The notes: generated by a model not told the origin, from the letters alone. DNA of 64,000 nucleotides from Bacteroidales bacterium (GCA_963676415.1 OY781097.1:1660555-1724554), one strand, 5' to 3'; positions 28,497 through 38,516 are shown, counted from the first letter of the stretch. Made by a program: numbers and translations.

Positions 28497-28757
28497 ATGA
28501 AAGAAAAGAGCGAAAAAATCCAAATCAGTATTTGTACCGGAACACTTTGCCATGTAATGGGCGGAAGCAATTTGCCGGGCTTGAAAAGCATTTTACCGGA
28601 ACAAATTGCCGATAGAGTGGAAATCAGGGGCAGTATTTGCATGGACGCCTGTAAGGACAAAAGCAAACAACCTCCTTTCGTGAAAATTGGGGACGAGCTT
28701 GTAGAAGCTGCCACTGTTGAAAAAATTATTGCCATCCTCGAAGAGAAAATAAAATGA
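28497..28757 (+). CDS. Thioredoxin-like [2Fe-2S] ferredoxin (second copy)
   Basis: 86 aa with Cys pattern CTGTLC ... CMDAC. An ATGA overlap joins it to the next gene. Confidence 0.75.
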   Translation: MKEKSEKIQISICTGTLCHVMGGSNLPGLKSILPEQIADRVEIRGSICMDACKDKSKQPPFVKIGDELVEAATVEKIIAILEEKIK

Positions 28758-30175
28758 CAGGAAAGAATAATACAATACTGACATACAGACAAATACTGGT
28801 TGAGTTATGCCGTGTGTTCAATCAGGAACGCCCTTTTCAGGATATCGACCGGATACCGCTTGAGATGCGCCCGAAAAGCCGCCAGCCCATTCGCTGCTGC
28901 GTGCATAAAGACCGGGCCGTACTGAAATATAAAATTATGGCAATGCTGGGATTTGATGCCCGCGACGAGGAAGATGAACTTTTTCCGCTCTCCGCATATC
29001 TGGATGTTGCTTTGCAATATGATAACAAATCATCCCAGGTGCTGACTGTTGTGGACGAAGCCTGCTCCAGTTGCCAGAAAGGCAATTTCCATGTTACGGA
29101 GTTTTGCAAAGGCTGTGAGGCACGTCCCTGCATTATGAACTGCCCGGTAAATGCCATTGAAATGGTTGATGGCCATCATGCCCAAATTGATACCGAAAAA
29201 TGTATTGGCTGCGGCAAGTGCGAAAAGCTGTGTCCGTATCATGCCATTTCTTACCAACCCGTGCCTTGTGAGGAGGTTTGTCCGGTTGGTGCTATTACCA
29301 AAGATGAAAACGGAATCGAACATATAGATCCTGCAAAATGTATCCACTGCGGTAAATGTATTGTGCATTGCCCTTTTGGAGCCATAATTGAAAAAACCTA
29401 TCTGGCTCAGGTTTATAAAAGTTTACAATCAGAGCAAAAAACCATTGCGCTGGTGGCTCCGAGCATTTTAGGCCAGTTCCGCAATTCACGGGAGCGGCTA
29501 TACGGAGCCATTGCGGCATTGGGTTTCGATGAAGTTGTGGAAGTGGCTGCAGGTGCTGCCGTTACGGCCAAAAAAGAAAGCGAAGAGTTGAAAGAGCGCA
29601 TAGAAAAAGGTGATGCTTTTATGACATCTTCCTGTTGCCGAGCTTATACAGAACTGGTTCATAAGCACATCAAACCATTGGAAACTTTTGTCTCGGATAC
29701 GGCAACGCCTTTATGCTACACTTCTGAGATGGTGAAGGAACAGTTTCCTGATGCAATTCAGGTTTTTATCGGGCCCTGTATCTCCAAAAAACATGAAATC
29801 CATGAGCTTGATGCCGTTCCTTATGCTTTATCTTTTGAAGAGCTGGGTGCGATGTTTGTAGCCGGAAGAATTGAGGTAGAAGAAGCCACAGAAACCAAAG
29901 CCGCATTTACCGGGGGTGCTTTGGATCAGGGGTTTGCTATGGCCGGAGGAGTGTCTGAAGCCATAAAAACTGCGGTAGATGGTGCTTTTACGACCGGAGA
30001 AATATCGGGCATAGACAAAAAAAGCATCCGTATGCTCAAGAAATTTGCCCGCGATAAAAAAGCAGAATCGCAGTTTGTGGAAGTGATGAGCTGCCCGGAA
30101 GGCTGTTTGGGCGGCTGCGGCACACTGATCAGCCCGAATCAGGCGAAGGTTTTGCTCAAGAAAAATGCCGAATAG
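28754..30175 (+). CDS. Monomeric [FeFe]-hydrogenase, group-B-like
   Basis: 473 aa with several 4Fe-4S motifs (CIGCGKCEKLCP, CIHCGKCIVHCP and others). H-cluster motifs are TSSCC, GPCISKKHE and VEVMSCPEGCLGGCG. Confidence 0.8.
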   Translation: MTGKNNTILTYRQILVELCRVFNQERPFQDIDRIPLEMRPKSRQPIRCCVHKDRAVLKYKIMAMLGFDARDEEDELFPLSAYLDVALQYDNKSSQVLTVVDEACSSCQKGNFHVTEFCKGCEARPCIMNCPVNAIEMVDGHHAQIDTEKCIGCGKCEKLCPYHAISYQPVPCEEVCPVGAITKDENGIEHIDPAKCIHCGKCIVHCPFGAIIEKTYLAQVYKSLQSEQKTIALVAPSILGQFRNSRERLYGAIAALGFDEVVEVAAGAAVTAKKESEELKERIEKGDAFMTSSCCRAYTELVHKHIKPLETFVSDTATPLCYTSEMVKEQFPDAIQVFIGPCISKKHEIHELDAVPYALSFEELGAMFVAGRIEVEEATETKAAFTGGALDQGFAMAGGVSEAIKTAVDGAFTTGEISGIDKKSIRMLKKFARDKKAESQFVEVMSCPEGCLGGCGTLISPNQAKVLLKKNAE

Positions 30176-30178
30176 AAA

Positions 30179-30222
30179 AACACCCAAATTTCCAATTTTA
30201 GTACTTTGGAAATTTGGGTGTT
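30179..30222. terminator. Bidirectional terminator with a 17-bp perfect stem
   Basis: aacacccaaatttccaa (30179-30195) pairs with ttggaaatttgggtgtt (30206-30222). T-rich sequence follows on both strands. Confidence 0.8.
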
Positions 30223-30253
30223 TGTCCTTTGAATCGGGTGTCTGGTTCAGAAA

Positions 30254-30466
30254 CTATTGATTCCTGTCGAGGATCTTAGTTTTCTTCAAGCCATAAGCAG
30301 CACCCATAGCAAGCAAAACAGCCAGGCCGCTGCCCACAGGAGCGCCACCACCGATTGGATCGCCGCCTACAGCGCCGGTATCACCATTGTTCCCCGGCTG
30401 TGGTTGTGCCATTGCGGTGAATCCAAAGATCAGAAGGACGGCAAAAGTTAATGCTAATTTTTTCAT
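30254..30466 (-). CDS. Small secreted Gly-rich peptide with a C-terminal TM helix and basic tail
   Basis: 70 aa. Signal peptide MKKLALTFAVLLIFGFTAMA-QP, a Gly/Pro-rich core, then PVGSGLAVLLAMGAAYGLKKTK. Confidence 0.5.
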   Translation of the reverse strand: MKKLALTFAVLLIFGFTAMAQPQPGNNGDTGAVGGDPIGGGAPVGSGLAVLLAMGAAYGLKKTKILDRNQ

Positions 30467-30493
30467 ATCATTGATTTTTTAAGTTCGAACAAA

Positions 30494-30520
30494 AGCTGCC
30501 CGCTGCAATGGCGGGCAGCT
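30494..30520 (-). terminator. Terminator of the S8 peptidase gene
   Basis: Stem agctgcccgc/gcgggcagct (10 bp, 7-nt loop), followed on the minus strand by tttgtt. Confidence 0.7.
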
Positions 30521-30528
30521 GTTTCTAT

Positions 30529-33500
30529 TTATTTTATAAATACTTTTTGTGTGCTGGTTTTGCTTCCACTGTTGATCTGGATCAGGTAAACTGCTGCAGC
30601 TTTTGGCGCAGTGATTTTGTTGATACCGTTTTCAATGGTGAATGTTCCCAGTTTTTGTCCGTGAACAGTGAAAAGCGTAGCTTCTGCACTTGCTCCGGTA
30701 GCATTATCCACGATGATTTGCTGATCACGGCTATATACCTGCATCTGGCCGGTAAACACATCTTCTACAGATGTTGCATCTTTGAAATGCAGTATAAACC
30801 GTTCTGCAACATCATTGTCGCTTGCCGTGAAACTATAGGAGGCCTGATCGCTCAGTTCAATAGTTTCGCCTGTCAATTTATCTTCTAATGTAACCTCATA
30901 GTTCATAGAGAAGGCAGGGATTTCCAATACAAAGCTTCCACTGCGTCCGGTTTCGAAATTCAGAGCCATTTCTTCAGTAAACGGACGGGTGTTGATGCTG
31001 ATATGGCTTTCGCCGGCAAAAGTATAAAGTTGCGGTGCAATTACGGATCCTGTGATTTTGTAGGCATCCATTTGGTTATCAAAACCCTCGTTTGCATCTG
31101 AGCGGAAATGGATTACGGTTTCATCATTGGTATTGTTCTGTGTATTGCGCACGGCAATATTCAGCAGGTTTTCCATTTCGTTTTTGTAAACAGCCTTTGA
31201 ATTATGCGCAGTGGCGTCCACGGGAATTGTCAGGGAAGCGCCAGAGGTATTCGCTTTAACAAAGAAGCCCTGTCCAACACCGATGATTCCGTCCCCAAGC
31301 GAACCTGCTGATCCGTTCCATGATTTGTAATTTCCGGCTGCACCGTCATAAATATAAACCGAACCATCTAAGTTGCTGCGTGACCAAGAGCCCGCATCCC
31401 AGTTAAGTGCTGCCGGATATGGGTTGCCGAGGAAATGATAGCCGGAATAATCAATCACTGCGCCACTAAGTGTAAGCCCATTGACCGGGATGTCTGCTGT
31501 ATTGAACTGGCCTTCGTAGCTGACCGCTGAATTTCCTCCTTCGAGCCAGAGGCTGTAGCCTGTTCCTGGTGTCAGCACATCGGTTTGGGTTTTATTGACC
31601 CATGTTTGCGTAGTTTCATCATATGCGCGCACATAGGCCGTAAGCGGAAAAACAGAGCCTGCTGTTGCCGATGCCATTGGTGAAGAAATATAATGATAAA
31701 CAGCGTCTGCATCATCTTTTCCGCCACTTGTTCCTCCTGTGAGGTTTTGTGTAATTGTTGCAGTACCGTTTACTGTAAGATTTGCAAAACCCAGGATGGT
31801 TGCACCTTCAGCGAGGGTGATGTTGTTACATGCGCGGGCTTCACCAATAGTAGGATAATTTGCCAGTCCGCCGGGAACGGTAACATTGGTTGTACTTCCG
31901 GGAACGCCATTGTCCCAGTTGGTTGCTGTTGCCCAGTCATTATTTGAAGCTCCAGACCATGTTGTTGTGACAGGAGGGCCACTTATAGTAAGTTCACCGG
32001 AAACATTGTTTGTGCCATCCCAAAAGCCTCCAGTAGTAGCATCATTAAAACCGCCATAAGTATAATCACCACCATCTAAGCTGAAACGACTGGCATAATA
32101 ATATGTCCCTGCAGCAAGGCTCTGATTATTTCCAAGCGAAGCAGTATATTCATAGTTGTTTCCTTGTTTGTTGTTAAAAGTGGCTGCAACCCAGTTTGTC
32201 CAACCGGAAGGGTCTGTGTCGGCAGTACTATAACCAATCCAGCATTGAATCTGATCTTGATTACCTTCTACTGTTGTAATTCCATTTTCATATGCCTGAG
32301 CATAAATATTAACGTTTTCATTATGTGCGATGCTTGCATTTTCCGGCCATTGAAGGTTGTTCCATGTAAGGGTGCTTCCACCGCTACAATCAGAACATTC
32401 ACCAAAACAAACTTCATCCAGAGTAGCATCATTGGTTGTTGTTGTATAACCACGGTTTGTTGTTGAAGGAACAATACATTCACCTGGAACAATTTCTTCA
32501 CTGCCCCATGCATTGCCATTAATATACTTAAACTCATAATCCGTATTTGCAGTAAGTGTAAGTGTTACGGTATAAACATCATCACTATTGCCGTCAGTCA
32601 TTTCAATTCCTGCCGGATCCCAGTTTGCATAACCGTCAGCACCGAAGCTGCCTGCGATGTGCACACCATCACCGGAAACGGTCTGGTTTTGCATATCCAC
32701 CTGGAAGGTAACCTGAACGCCATCCGTTTCAGTGATTTCAAAGTCATCCACAAAAATGCCTAAACCTCCGGTAGAATAGGCATAAAAACCAATATAATAA
32801 AAACCTGTTTCGGTTACAGGGAACAGACCGCTTCGCTCAGTCCACGAACTGTTGGTTAAGGAGGCCTCATCCAATAATGTTGTTGTCATTCCTGCCTCAG
32901 TTTGTGATGTCCCAACCATGATTTTAAGGCTTTCAGTAGCTGAACCACCGTTATAAACCCTTTGGTAGAATGAAACATCATATTGCTTACCCGCGGTCAT
33001 GTACACCGGTTTTGTAAACAGCCAATTGTCCATATCAGTGTAATATGCACCTCCACCACCGGCATCATTGAAGCACAACATAGAATTAGGTGCAGAGTTT
33101 GACAATAAACTGGAGGAAACCCAGCTTGCACCTGAATTTTCCACCGATGTCCATCCGGCTGGCTGATTTGGGGTAGTTAAACCGTCAAAGTTTTGTGTGT
33201 GCGGGAAGGAAGTAACGGCTGTGGTGGTTGTAAACGACCAAATGGAACAACCACTGGCATTGCCCTGGTTATTTTTGGCGATGATCTGAACATAATAGGT
33301 TGTGTTGGGGTCCAGGCTCTCTGTCAGCGCGTAGCTGGTTAATCCGGTTTCCATCCCGTTGAGCACATCTGTTGGGGTTGATGAACCTCCGCCATCGGTG
33401 CCTAAGTATATCAGGTAGCTGTCAGCAGAAGTAACTTCTTCCCAGCTCAAAGTGGGCATTAAGCCTACATCGGCAGCTCCGTCGGCAGGGCTCGTTATGC

Positions 33501-35223
33501 TGCCAACACAATCAGGAGCAGAAGTATATTCATCAATGCCACTGATTATAATTGAGAAAGCCTGAGAGCCTCCGGAGAGTGTGCCGTCGTGATCAACGGT
33601 TATGGTATAGGTTCCGGCAGTTGGTTCGGCAATATAGACCATTTCAACATTGTCCACATCATTTTCAGAATTGTTGCTAGCAGCAGCAGAAGGATTGCTT
33701 CCATCAAGACTGTAAGGATAATAGGTAGTTTTGCTGCCATCGGAAATACGCAGGTCAAGGTCGTTGACAAGCATCGGGTCTGTTGGGTTGAGGCTGGCTG
33801 CCACCGGTGTGCCTTTTACATCTGTCCACACAACAGTAACGCGCAGCGGGCTGTTTCCACTAACGGTTACATCACGCGTGTAAGAGTTTCCGTCTGTAAT
33901 GCTGAGTTCATCGATAACATTTTGATCCGCATCATCTTCAGATATTTTTTGCGCAGCCCGCTCAGCATTGAGCAGTCCCCATCCAAATTTGTAATCGGGG
34001 CCTTCGGCATCGCCGGCTTCATCAGCGGTATGAATAATAAGAGCTTTTAATGTAGCGCTCCTCATCGGAGTGCCTGCATTCAGGTTTTGATAGTGTTTTT
34101 GAAGCAGGGCCAGTGTTCCGGTCGTATTGGGGCTGGCCATTGAAGTACCGTTTTTCTCTGTGTACTGGTCTGTTCCGGCTGAACTACAGGAATAAACGCC
34201 AACACCATCAGCTACAATATCCGGTTTAATCCTGCCATCATCGGCTGGCCCCCAGCCTGAGAAGGAGCTCATAACGACACTTGACGGTCCGGTATAGCTG
34301 AGTACCGGGTTTACTGCTCCAACCGTTAAGACATTTTTCGCAACGCCGGAATGGCCTATGCAATCATAACCATCTGTACCGCCATCCAGTTCGGGTACAC
34401 CGCCGGTGCCTGCATTGGCTGGTCCATCGCCCCTGTCGTTACCTGCCGATTTTACGATGAGGTAATTCGGTGCATCGTAAGCAATTTCGTCCCAATCAGC
34501 AGCCTGGGAATCATAAAACCCAAAATTGTAATCTTCTGTTGCATCCACAGAGGCATTTCCATACCAGTCCCAACTGGCACCATTCCAATACCATCCGGTT
34601 ATTACGCCATAGGAGTGATTGGAGACTTCCATTCCGGCTGCGGCGGCTGTGGCCATTTCGCTTTCGTCAGAATTCCAGTCATAAGCTTTCAGGCTTCCGT
34701 TATAACCCATTCCTTTGGCGTCTGCATCAACGCCATGAGCTACCATTGTGCCTGCAACGTGGGTTGCGTGGTCGCTTAAAGTACCTGCGCCATCTTCTTG
34801 TGTTACACGGGAAGGACCGGCATCAGTAAATTCCTGATGGGTGGTTAATACAGCTCCGCCATCCCATTCACCAAGTTTTGTATAACCGGAGCCGTCCAGG
34901 CTTAATCCCAGAGCACCGCCGGGCCAAAGTTTGTCGGTCCTGGTTGTGATGGCTGCATCAGCATTGTGCGTTACGTAATAAACGGGTTTCCCGTTTTCAA
35001 TACGCATGATTTCCATTTCGGTTCCATCGTCCAGCACTTTGCGAACAGGTAAATTATTGTCCTCCGCAAACTGTATTGCTTCAGCTTTTTGTGTCTCTGA
35101 AACAGCTTTGCTTTTTGCAGCAAAATTGAGAAGCTTTTTCGCATTTGTTTGTGTTTGTGCATTTAGGCTGAAACCAGCCACGATAAGAATGCTCAAAACA
35201 CTCAAAAAGTAGGTTTTTCTCAT
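30529..35223 (-). CDS. Multidomain S8 (subtilisin-like) serine peptidase, T9SS-sorted
   Basis: 1564 aa with a signal peptide. Catalytic motifs are HATHVAGTM and GTSMASPNTTG. A CBM20-like beta-sandwich is present (VQVTFQVDMQNQ...VHIAGSF...YEFKYING). The C-terminal sorting domain ends ...VYLIQINSGSKTSTQKVFIK. Confidence 0.9.
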   Translation of the reverse strand: MRKTYFLSVLSILIVAGFSLNAQTQTNAKKLLNFAAKSKAVSETQKAEAIQFAEDNNLPVRKVLDDGTEMEIMRIENGKPVYYVTHNADAAITTRTDKLWPGGALGLSLDGSGYTKLGEWDGGAVLTTHQEFTDAGPSRVTQEDGAGTLSDHATHVAGTMVAHGVDADAKGMGYNGSLKAYDWNSDESEMATAAAAGMEVSNHSYGVITGWYWNGASWDWYGNASVDATEDYNFGFYDSQAADWDEIAYDAPNYLIVKSAGNDRGDGPANAGTGGVPELDGGTDGYDCIGHSGVAKNVLTVGAVNPVLSYTGPSSVVMSSFSGWGPADDGRIKPDIVADGVGVYSCSSAGTDQYTEKNGTSMASPNTTGTLALLQKHYQNLNAGTPMRSATLKALIIHTADEAGDAEGPDYKFGWGLLNAERAAQKISEDDADQNVIDELSITDGNSYTRDVTVSGNSPLRVTVVWTDVKGTPVAASLNPTDPMLVNDLDLRISDGSKTTYYPYSLDGSNPSAAASNNSENDVDNVEMVYIAEPTAGTYTITVDHDGTLSGGSQAFSIIISGIDEYTSAPDCVGSITSPADGAADVGLMPTLSWEEVTSADSYLIYLGTDGGGSSTPTDVLNGMETGLTSYALTESLDPNTTYYVQIIAKNNQGNASGCSIWSFTTTTAVTSFPHTQNFDGLTTPNQPAGWTSVENSGASWVSSSLLSNSAPNSMLCFNDAGGGGAYYTDMDNWLFTKPVYMTAGKQYDVSFYQRVYNGGSATESLKIMVGTSQTEAGMTTTLLDEASLTNSSWTERSGLFPVTETGFYYIGFYAYSTGGLGIFVDDFEITETDGVQVTFQVDMQNQTVSGDGVHIAGSFGADGYANWDPAGIEMTDGNSDDVYTVTLTLTANTDYEFKYINGNAWGSEEIVPGECIVPSTTNRGYTTTTNDATLDEVCFGECSDCSGGSTLTWNNLQWPENASIAHNENVNIYAQAYENGITTVEGNQDQIQCWIGYSTADTDPSGWTNWVAATFNNKQGNNYEYTASLGNNQSLAAGTYYYASRFSLDGGDYTYGGFNDATTGGFWDGTNNVSGELTISGPPVTTTWSGASNNDWATATNWDNGVPGSTTNVTVPGGLANYPTIGEARACNNITLAEGATILGFANLTVNGTATITQNLTGGTSGGKDDADAVYHYISSPMASATAGSVFPLTAYVRAYDETTQTWVNKTQTDVLTPGTGYSLWLEGGNSAVSYEGQFNTADIPVNGLTLSGAVIDYSGYHFLGNPYPAALNWDAGSWSRSNLDGSVYIYDGAAGNYKSWNGSAGSLGDGIIGVGQGFFVKANTSGASLTIPVDATAHNSKAVYKNEMENLLNIAVRNTQNNTNDETVIHFRSDANEGFDNQMDAYKITGSVIAPQLYTFAGESHISINTRPFTEEMALNFETGRSGSFVLEIPAFSMNYEVTLEDKLTGETIELSDQASYSFTASDNDVAERFILHFKDATSVEDVFTGQMQVYSRDQQIIVDNATGASAEATLFTVHGQKLGTFTIENGINKITAPKAAAVYLIQINSGSKTSTQKVFIK

Positions 35224-35708
35224 ATTCTTAAGTTTAAAAATTGATGGTAAAGTTCAAAAGTAAAAATTATTTTCAAATCCCCAAAAATTATTTAGAAAGA
35301 ATCTTAATTTTTAACAAACAAATAATCAAAGCGTTTGGGAAATTATATTTCCGTAAAAATTTTTATAATTGCTGTTTTATTCCTGTTTCTATTATTTATT
35401 AGTATGGTGATAATTTACTAAATATTGAGTATATTAACCAAATTTTAAAAAGCAATCCGTTTTTATGCGACAGTGCTGCCTTGTTTTCAGCACCGGGCTT
35501 AAATTGTGTTTATAAACATGTAAGTTTGAACATATATAAGTTTTGTTAAAGCTGTTTGAAGTGGCAGGGCAAGCCCTTTCGGCTGTTTAGAAATATTATT
35601 CATCTTTCAATAAGCTTTTTCTGATTTTTCGTTTATTTTTGCTTTTACCGGTTGTTTGGGAATGGCATCCGCTATTTCCATGAGCATCATCCGGGCGATT
35701 AAAAATGA

Positions 35709-36968
35709 ATGAAGCAATTCTCAAAACAACACAAAATGACGAATCAAAACAAAGGTTCTGTTGCTATTCTTTGTGGCGGCGGCCCGGCTCCGGGCATCAA
35801 TACAGTTATTGGCTCGGTGGCAAAGGTTTTTATACAGGATGGATACCGCGTCCTAGGAATACACGAAGGATTTAAAGGACTGTTTGCCGAAGAACCTCAA
35901 TTTCGTGAATTTGAATTCTGGCTGGCCGACCGCATCCACAAACAGGGTGGTTCCTTTATGCAAATGAGCCGATATAAGCCAAAGGATGAAGATTTTAACA
36001 CCAATTTTTTCGTAAAGCACGATGTGAAACTTTTGGTAACTATTGGTGGCGATGATACTGCTTCTACGGCCAACCGCATCAGTAAGTTTTTGGCGGAGCA
36101 CGATCTGGACGTACGTAACATACATGTGCCCAAAACCATTGATAATGACCTGCCCCTGCCGGAAGGCTCACCAACTTTCGGATACCAGTCGGCAAAAGAA
36201 GAGGGCGCGCGTATTGCCACAACCATTTATGAAGATGCACGCACCAGCGGTAACTGGTTTGTTGTGGCTGCCATGGGTCGTGAAGCCGGACATCTGGCTT
36301 TCGGTATTGGCGCCGCATGCCACTATCCGATGATCATCATCCCCGAAATGTTTAACAATACTGAAGTTTCTTTTGATAAAATTGTGCGCCTCGTAATTTC
36401 GTCCATGATCAAACGGAGGATCCTGGGCATACAACACGGTGCTGTAATGATCAGCGAAGGGGTGTTTCATTTTATGTCGGACGATGAAATTACAGGCAGT
36501 GGCATTAATTTCACTTATGATGAGCACGGTCATCCCGAACTGGGCAATGTGAGCAAGGCGCATATATTCAATATGTTGGTGCAAAGAAGACTGAAAGCTT
36601 TGGGCATCAAGATAAAAAGCCGTCCGGTAGAACTGGGCTATGAACTGCGCTGTGTTCAGCCAACAGCTTTTGATAAGCTGTACTGCGGCTTGCTGGGCCT
36701 GGGTGTTAAAAAACTTTTTGATGACGGGCATACCGGATGTATGGTTACCTCCAATCCGGTTGGTGATGTTGCGCCGCTTTATTTAAGCGATGTGGAAGAT
36801 GAAAACGGCAAAATAAAGCCCCGTTTGGTCAATATTACTTCGCAGAAAGCACGTTTGGTGTATGATTCACAAACCCAATACATCTCCGAAGCTGATTATG
36901 AAGCTGCCCGCAAATGGTTGCCGGAACCCGAGAAATACGATTTTAAAAAGATTTTAAATTGGGATTGA
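35709..36968 (+). CDS. pfp: Phosphofructokinase, PPi-dependent type by signature residues
   Basis: 419 aa; an alternative start is ATG 35736. Motifs: GGGPAPGIN, IGGDDT (Asp where ATP-PFKs have Gly) and PKTIDND (Lys where ATP-PFKs have Gly). Confidence 0.85.
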   Translation: MKQFSKQHKMTNQNKGSVAILCGGGPAPGINTVIGSVAKVFIQDGYRVLGIHEGFKGLFAEEPQFREFEFWLADRIHKQGGSFMQMSRYKPKDEDFNTNFFVKHDVKLLVTIGGDDTASTANRISKFLAEHDLDVRNIHVPKTIDNDLPLPEGSPTFGYQSAKEEGARIATTIYEDARTSGNWFVVAAMGREAGHLAFGIGAACHYPMIIIPEMFNNTEVSFDKIVRLVISSMIKRRILGIQHGAVMISEGVFHFMSDDEITGSGINFTYDEHGHPELGNVSKAHIFNMLVQRRLKALGIKIKSRPVELGYELRCVQPTAFDKLYCGLLGLGVKKLFDDGHTGCMVTSNPVGDVAPLYLSDVEDENGKIKPRLVNITSQKARLVYDSQTQYISEADYEAARKWLPEPEKYDFKKILNWD

Positions 36969-37015
36969 ACTTGATTTTATGCGGTGCGGCTGAACCTTCG
37001 AATTGTTGATTTGTG

Positions 37016-37023
37016 TATCTTTG
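37016..37023 (+). promoter_or_regulatory. -7 box (TAtcTTTG) for tRNA-Gly
   Basis: TATCTTTG ends 8 nt before the first tRNA base. Confidence 0.55.
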
Positions 37024-37031
37024 CACAAAGT

Positions 37032-37107
37032 GCGGAAGTAGCTCAGTCGGTAGAGCATCAGCTTCCCAAGCTGAGGGTCGCGGGTTCGAGCCCCGTTTTC
37101 CGCTCCA
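37032..37107 (+). tRNA. tRNA-Gly (anticodon CCC), CCA encoded
   Basis: GCGGAAGTAGCTCAGTCGGTAGAGCATCAGCTTCCCAAGCTGAGGGTCGCGGGTTCGAGCCCCGTTTTCCGCTCCA folds as a cloverleaf by hand. The anticodon loop is TTCCCAA and the T-loop is GGTTCGAGCC. Confidence 0.9.
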
Positions 37108-37118
37108 TTGATAATCAA

Positions 37119-37149
37119 AGCCTTGCAGTTGTTCTGTAAGGCTTTTTTT
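37119..37149 (+). terminator. Intrinsic terminator after tRNA-Gly
   Basis: Stem agccttgcag/ctgtaaggct (10 bp, one G-U pair) followed by T7. Confidence 0.8.
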
Positions 37150-37257
37150 GTTCACGGTTTAAACAGGGTTTAAACAAATGAAATAAATCCACAAAAGCAT
37201 TATTCCGTGCATGCCATTAAGACCATATGCTCAAACAAATTTTTTAGCAGAAGAAAT

Positions 37258-38475
37258 TTACGACTTATGCGCCATCACCTCCCGGAAAACACGCATAAAA
37301 TTCCCACCCCATATTTTGATGATTTCCTCTTCTGTATAGCCTCTTTTCACCAGTTCAAGCGTAATCAGGCCCATTTTACTTACATCCGGACAATCTTCTA
37401 ATCCGCCGCCGCCATCAAAGTCTGAGCCAATACCTACATGTTCGATGCCTGCAATTTCGACGATATGGTCAATATGGTCCACCAGATCGCTCACTGTGGC
37501 TTTTTCAACCGGAAATTTGTCAGCGGTGGCATAATACTCTTTGCGCAGTTGATTTTGCTCTTCCGGGCTCAGGCTGTCCCATTCTCCGTATTTGCTGCGC
37601 ACGGCATGCAATGCGCTGTCGCGTTCGGGATATGGCTTGGGCTCTTTTACATAGGCGCTGAGCAGGCAAACCTGGATTACGCCATTGTTGTCCGCCAAAG
37701 CATGCAGCATTTCATCGGTTAAATTGCGCGGATTATTGCATAAAGCGCGCGCATTGGAATGGGATGCAATTACAGGCACTTCTGTGATTTCCAGCACATC
37801 ATAAAAACTGGAATCGGATATATGGCTCACATCTACCATCACGCCCAAACGGTTCATTTCCTGCACAACTTGTTCTCCGAAAGTACTTAATCCGTTCCAT
37901 TCGGTAGTATCGGTTGAGGAATCGCAGATGTCGTTGTTTTTGGTATGGCAGAGCGTGATGTAGCGCACGCCTTTATCGTAGTATTCATCAATAAGGCCCA
38001 CCTGATTGCCAAGGCCGTAGCCATTTTCAATACCGATAAAAAAAGCACGCTTTCCTTCTTTTTCCAGCTCATAGGCATCATCGGGACTTAAAGCCAGACC
38101 TGCTGTTTCATGATTTTTTGCCGCCACGGAATGAATTGAATCTATGATTTGGTGCACCCGCTCAATAGCGGAGGCATTCCCTTCCTCTGTGCGATCGCCC
38201 TGCCCGATAAATGCAGCTAGAAAAACGGCATCCAAACCGCCCTCCTGCATCCGCGGAATATCCACGCAGGAACGGCTTTCTTTCACATCATGCCTTTGGC
38301 TTACATCAAAATCCGAACGCGTAAATCGTAATGGCGTATCCGTATGTGAATCCAAACACAATGCTTTTTTGTGGATTTCGGTTGCTTTTTCTTTAACTGA
38401 TTTCTGCGTGCAGGATTGCAGGCCGTTTACAATCAATAAGGCAATAAATATCCTTAGGAAAGAGGAAGCTGTCAT
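37258..38475 (-). CDS. Membrane (renal-type) dipeptidase, family M19
   Basis: 405 aa with a signal peptide. Motifs: DSHTD, HISDSSFYDV, IASHSNARAL and GIGSDFDGGG. Confidence 0.9.
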   Translation of the reverse strand: MTASSFLRIFIALLIVNGLQSCTQKSVKEKATEIHKKALCLDSHTDTPLRFTRSDFDVSQRHDVKESRSCVDIPRMQEGGLDAVFLAAFIGQGDRTEEGNASAIERVHQIIDSIHSVAAKNHETAGLALSPDDAYELEKEGKRAFFIGIENGYGLGNQVGLIDEYYDKGVRYITLCHTKNNDICDSSTDTTEWNGLSTFGEQVVQEMNRLGVMVDVSHISDSSFYDVLEITEVPVIASHSNARALCNNPRNLTDEMLHALADNNGVIQVCLLSAYVKEPKPYPERDSALHAVRSKYGEWDSLSPEEQNQLRKEYYATADKFPVEKATVSDLVDHIDHIVEIAGIEHVGIGSDFDGGGGLEDCPDVSKMGLITLELVKRGYTEEEIIKIWGGNFMRVFREVMAHKS

Positions 38476-38516
38476 AGGTTTATATGATTGATTTTCAATT
38501 TACTGATAAAATGATT

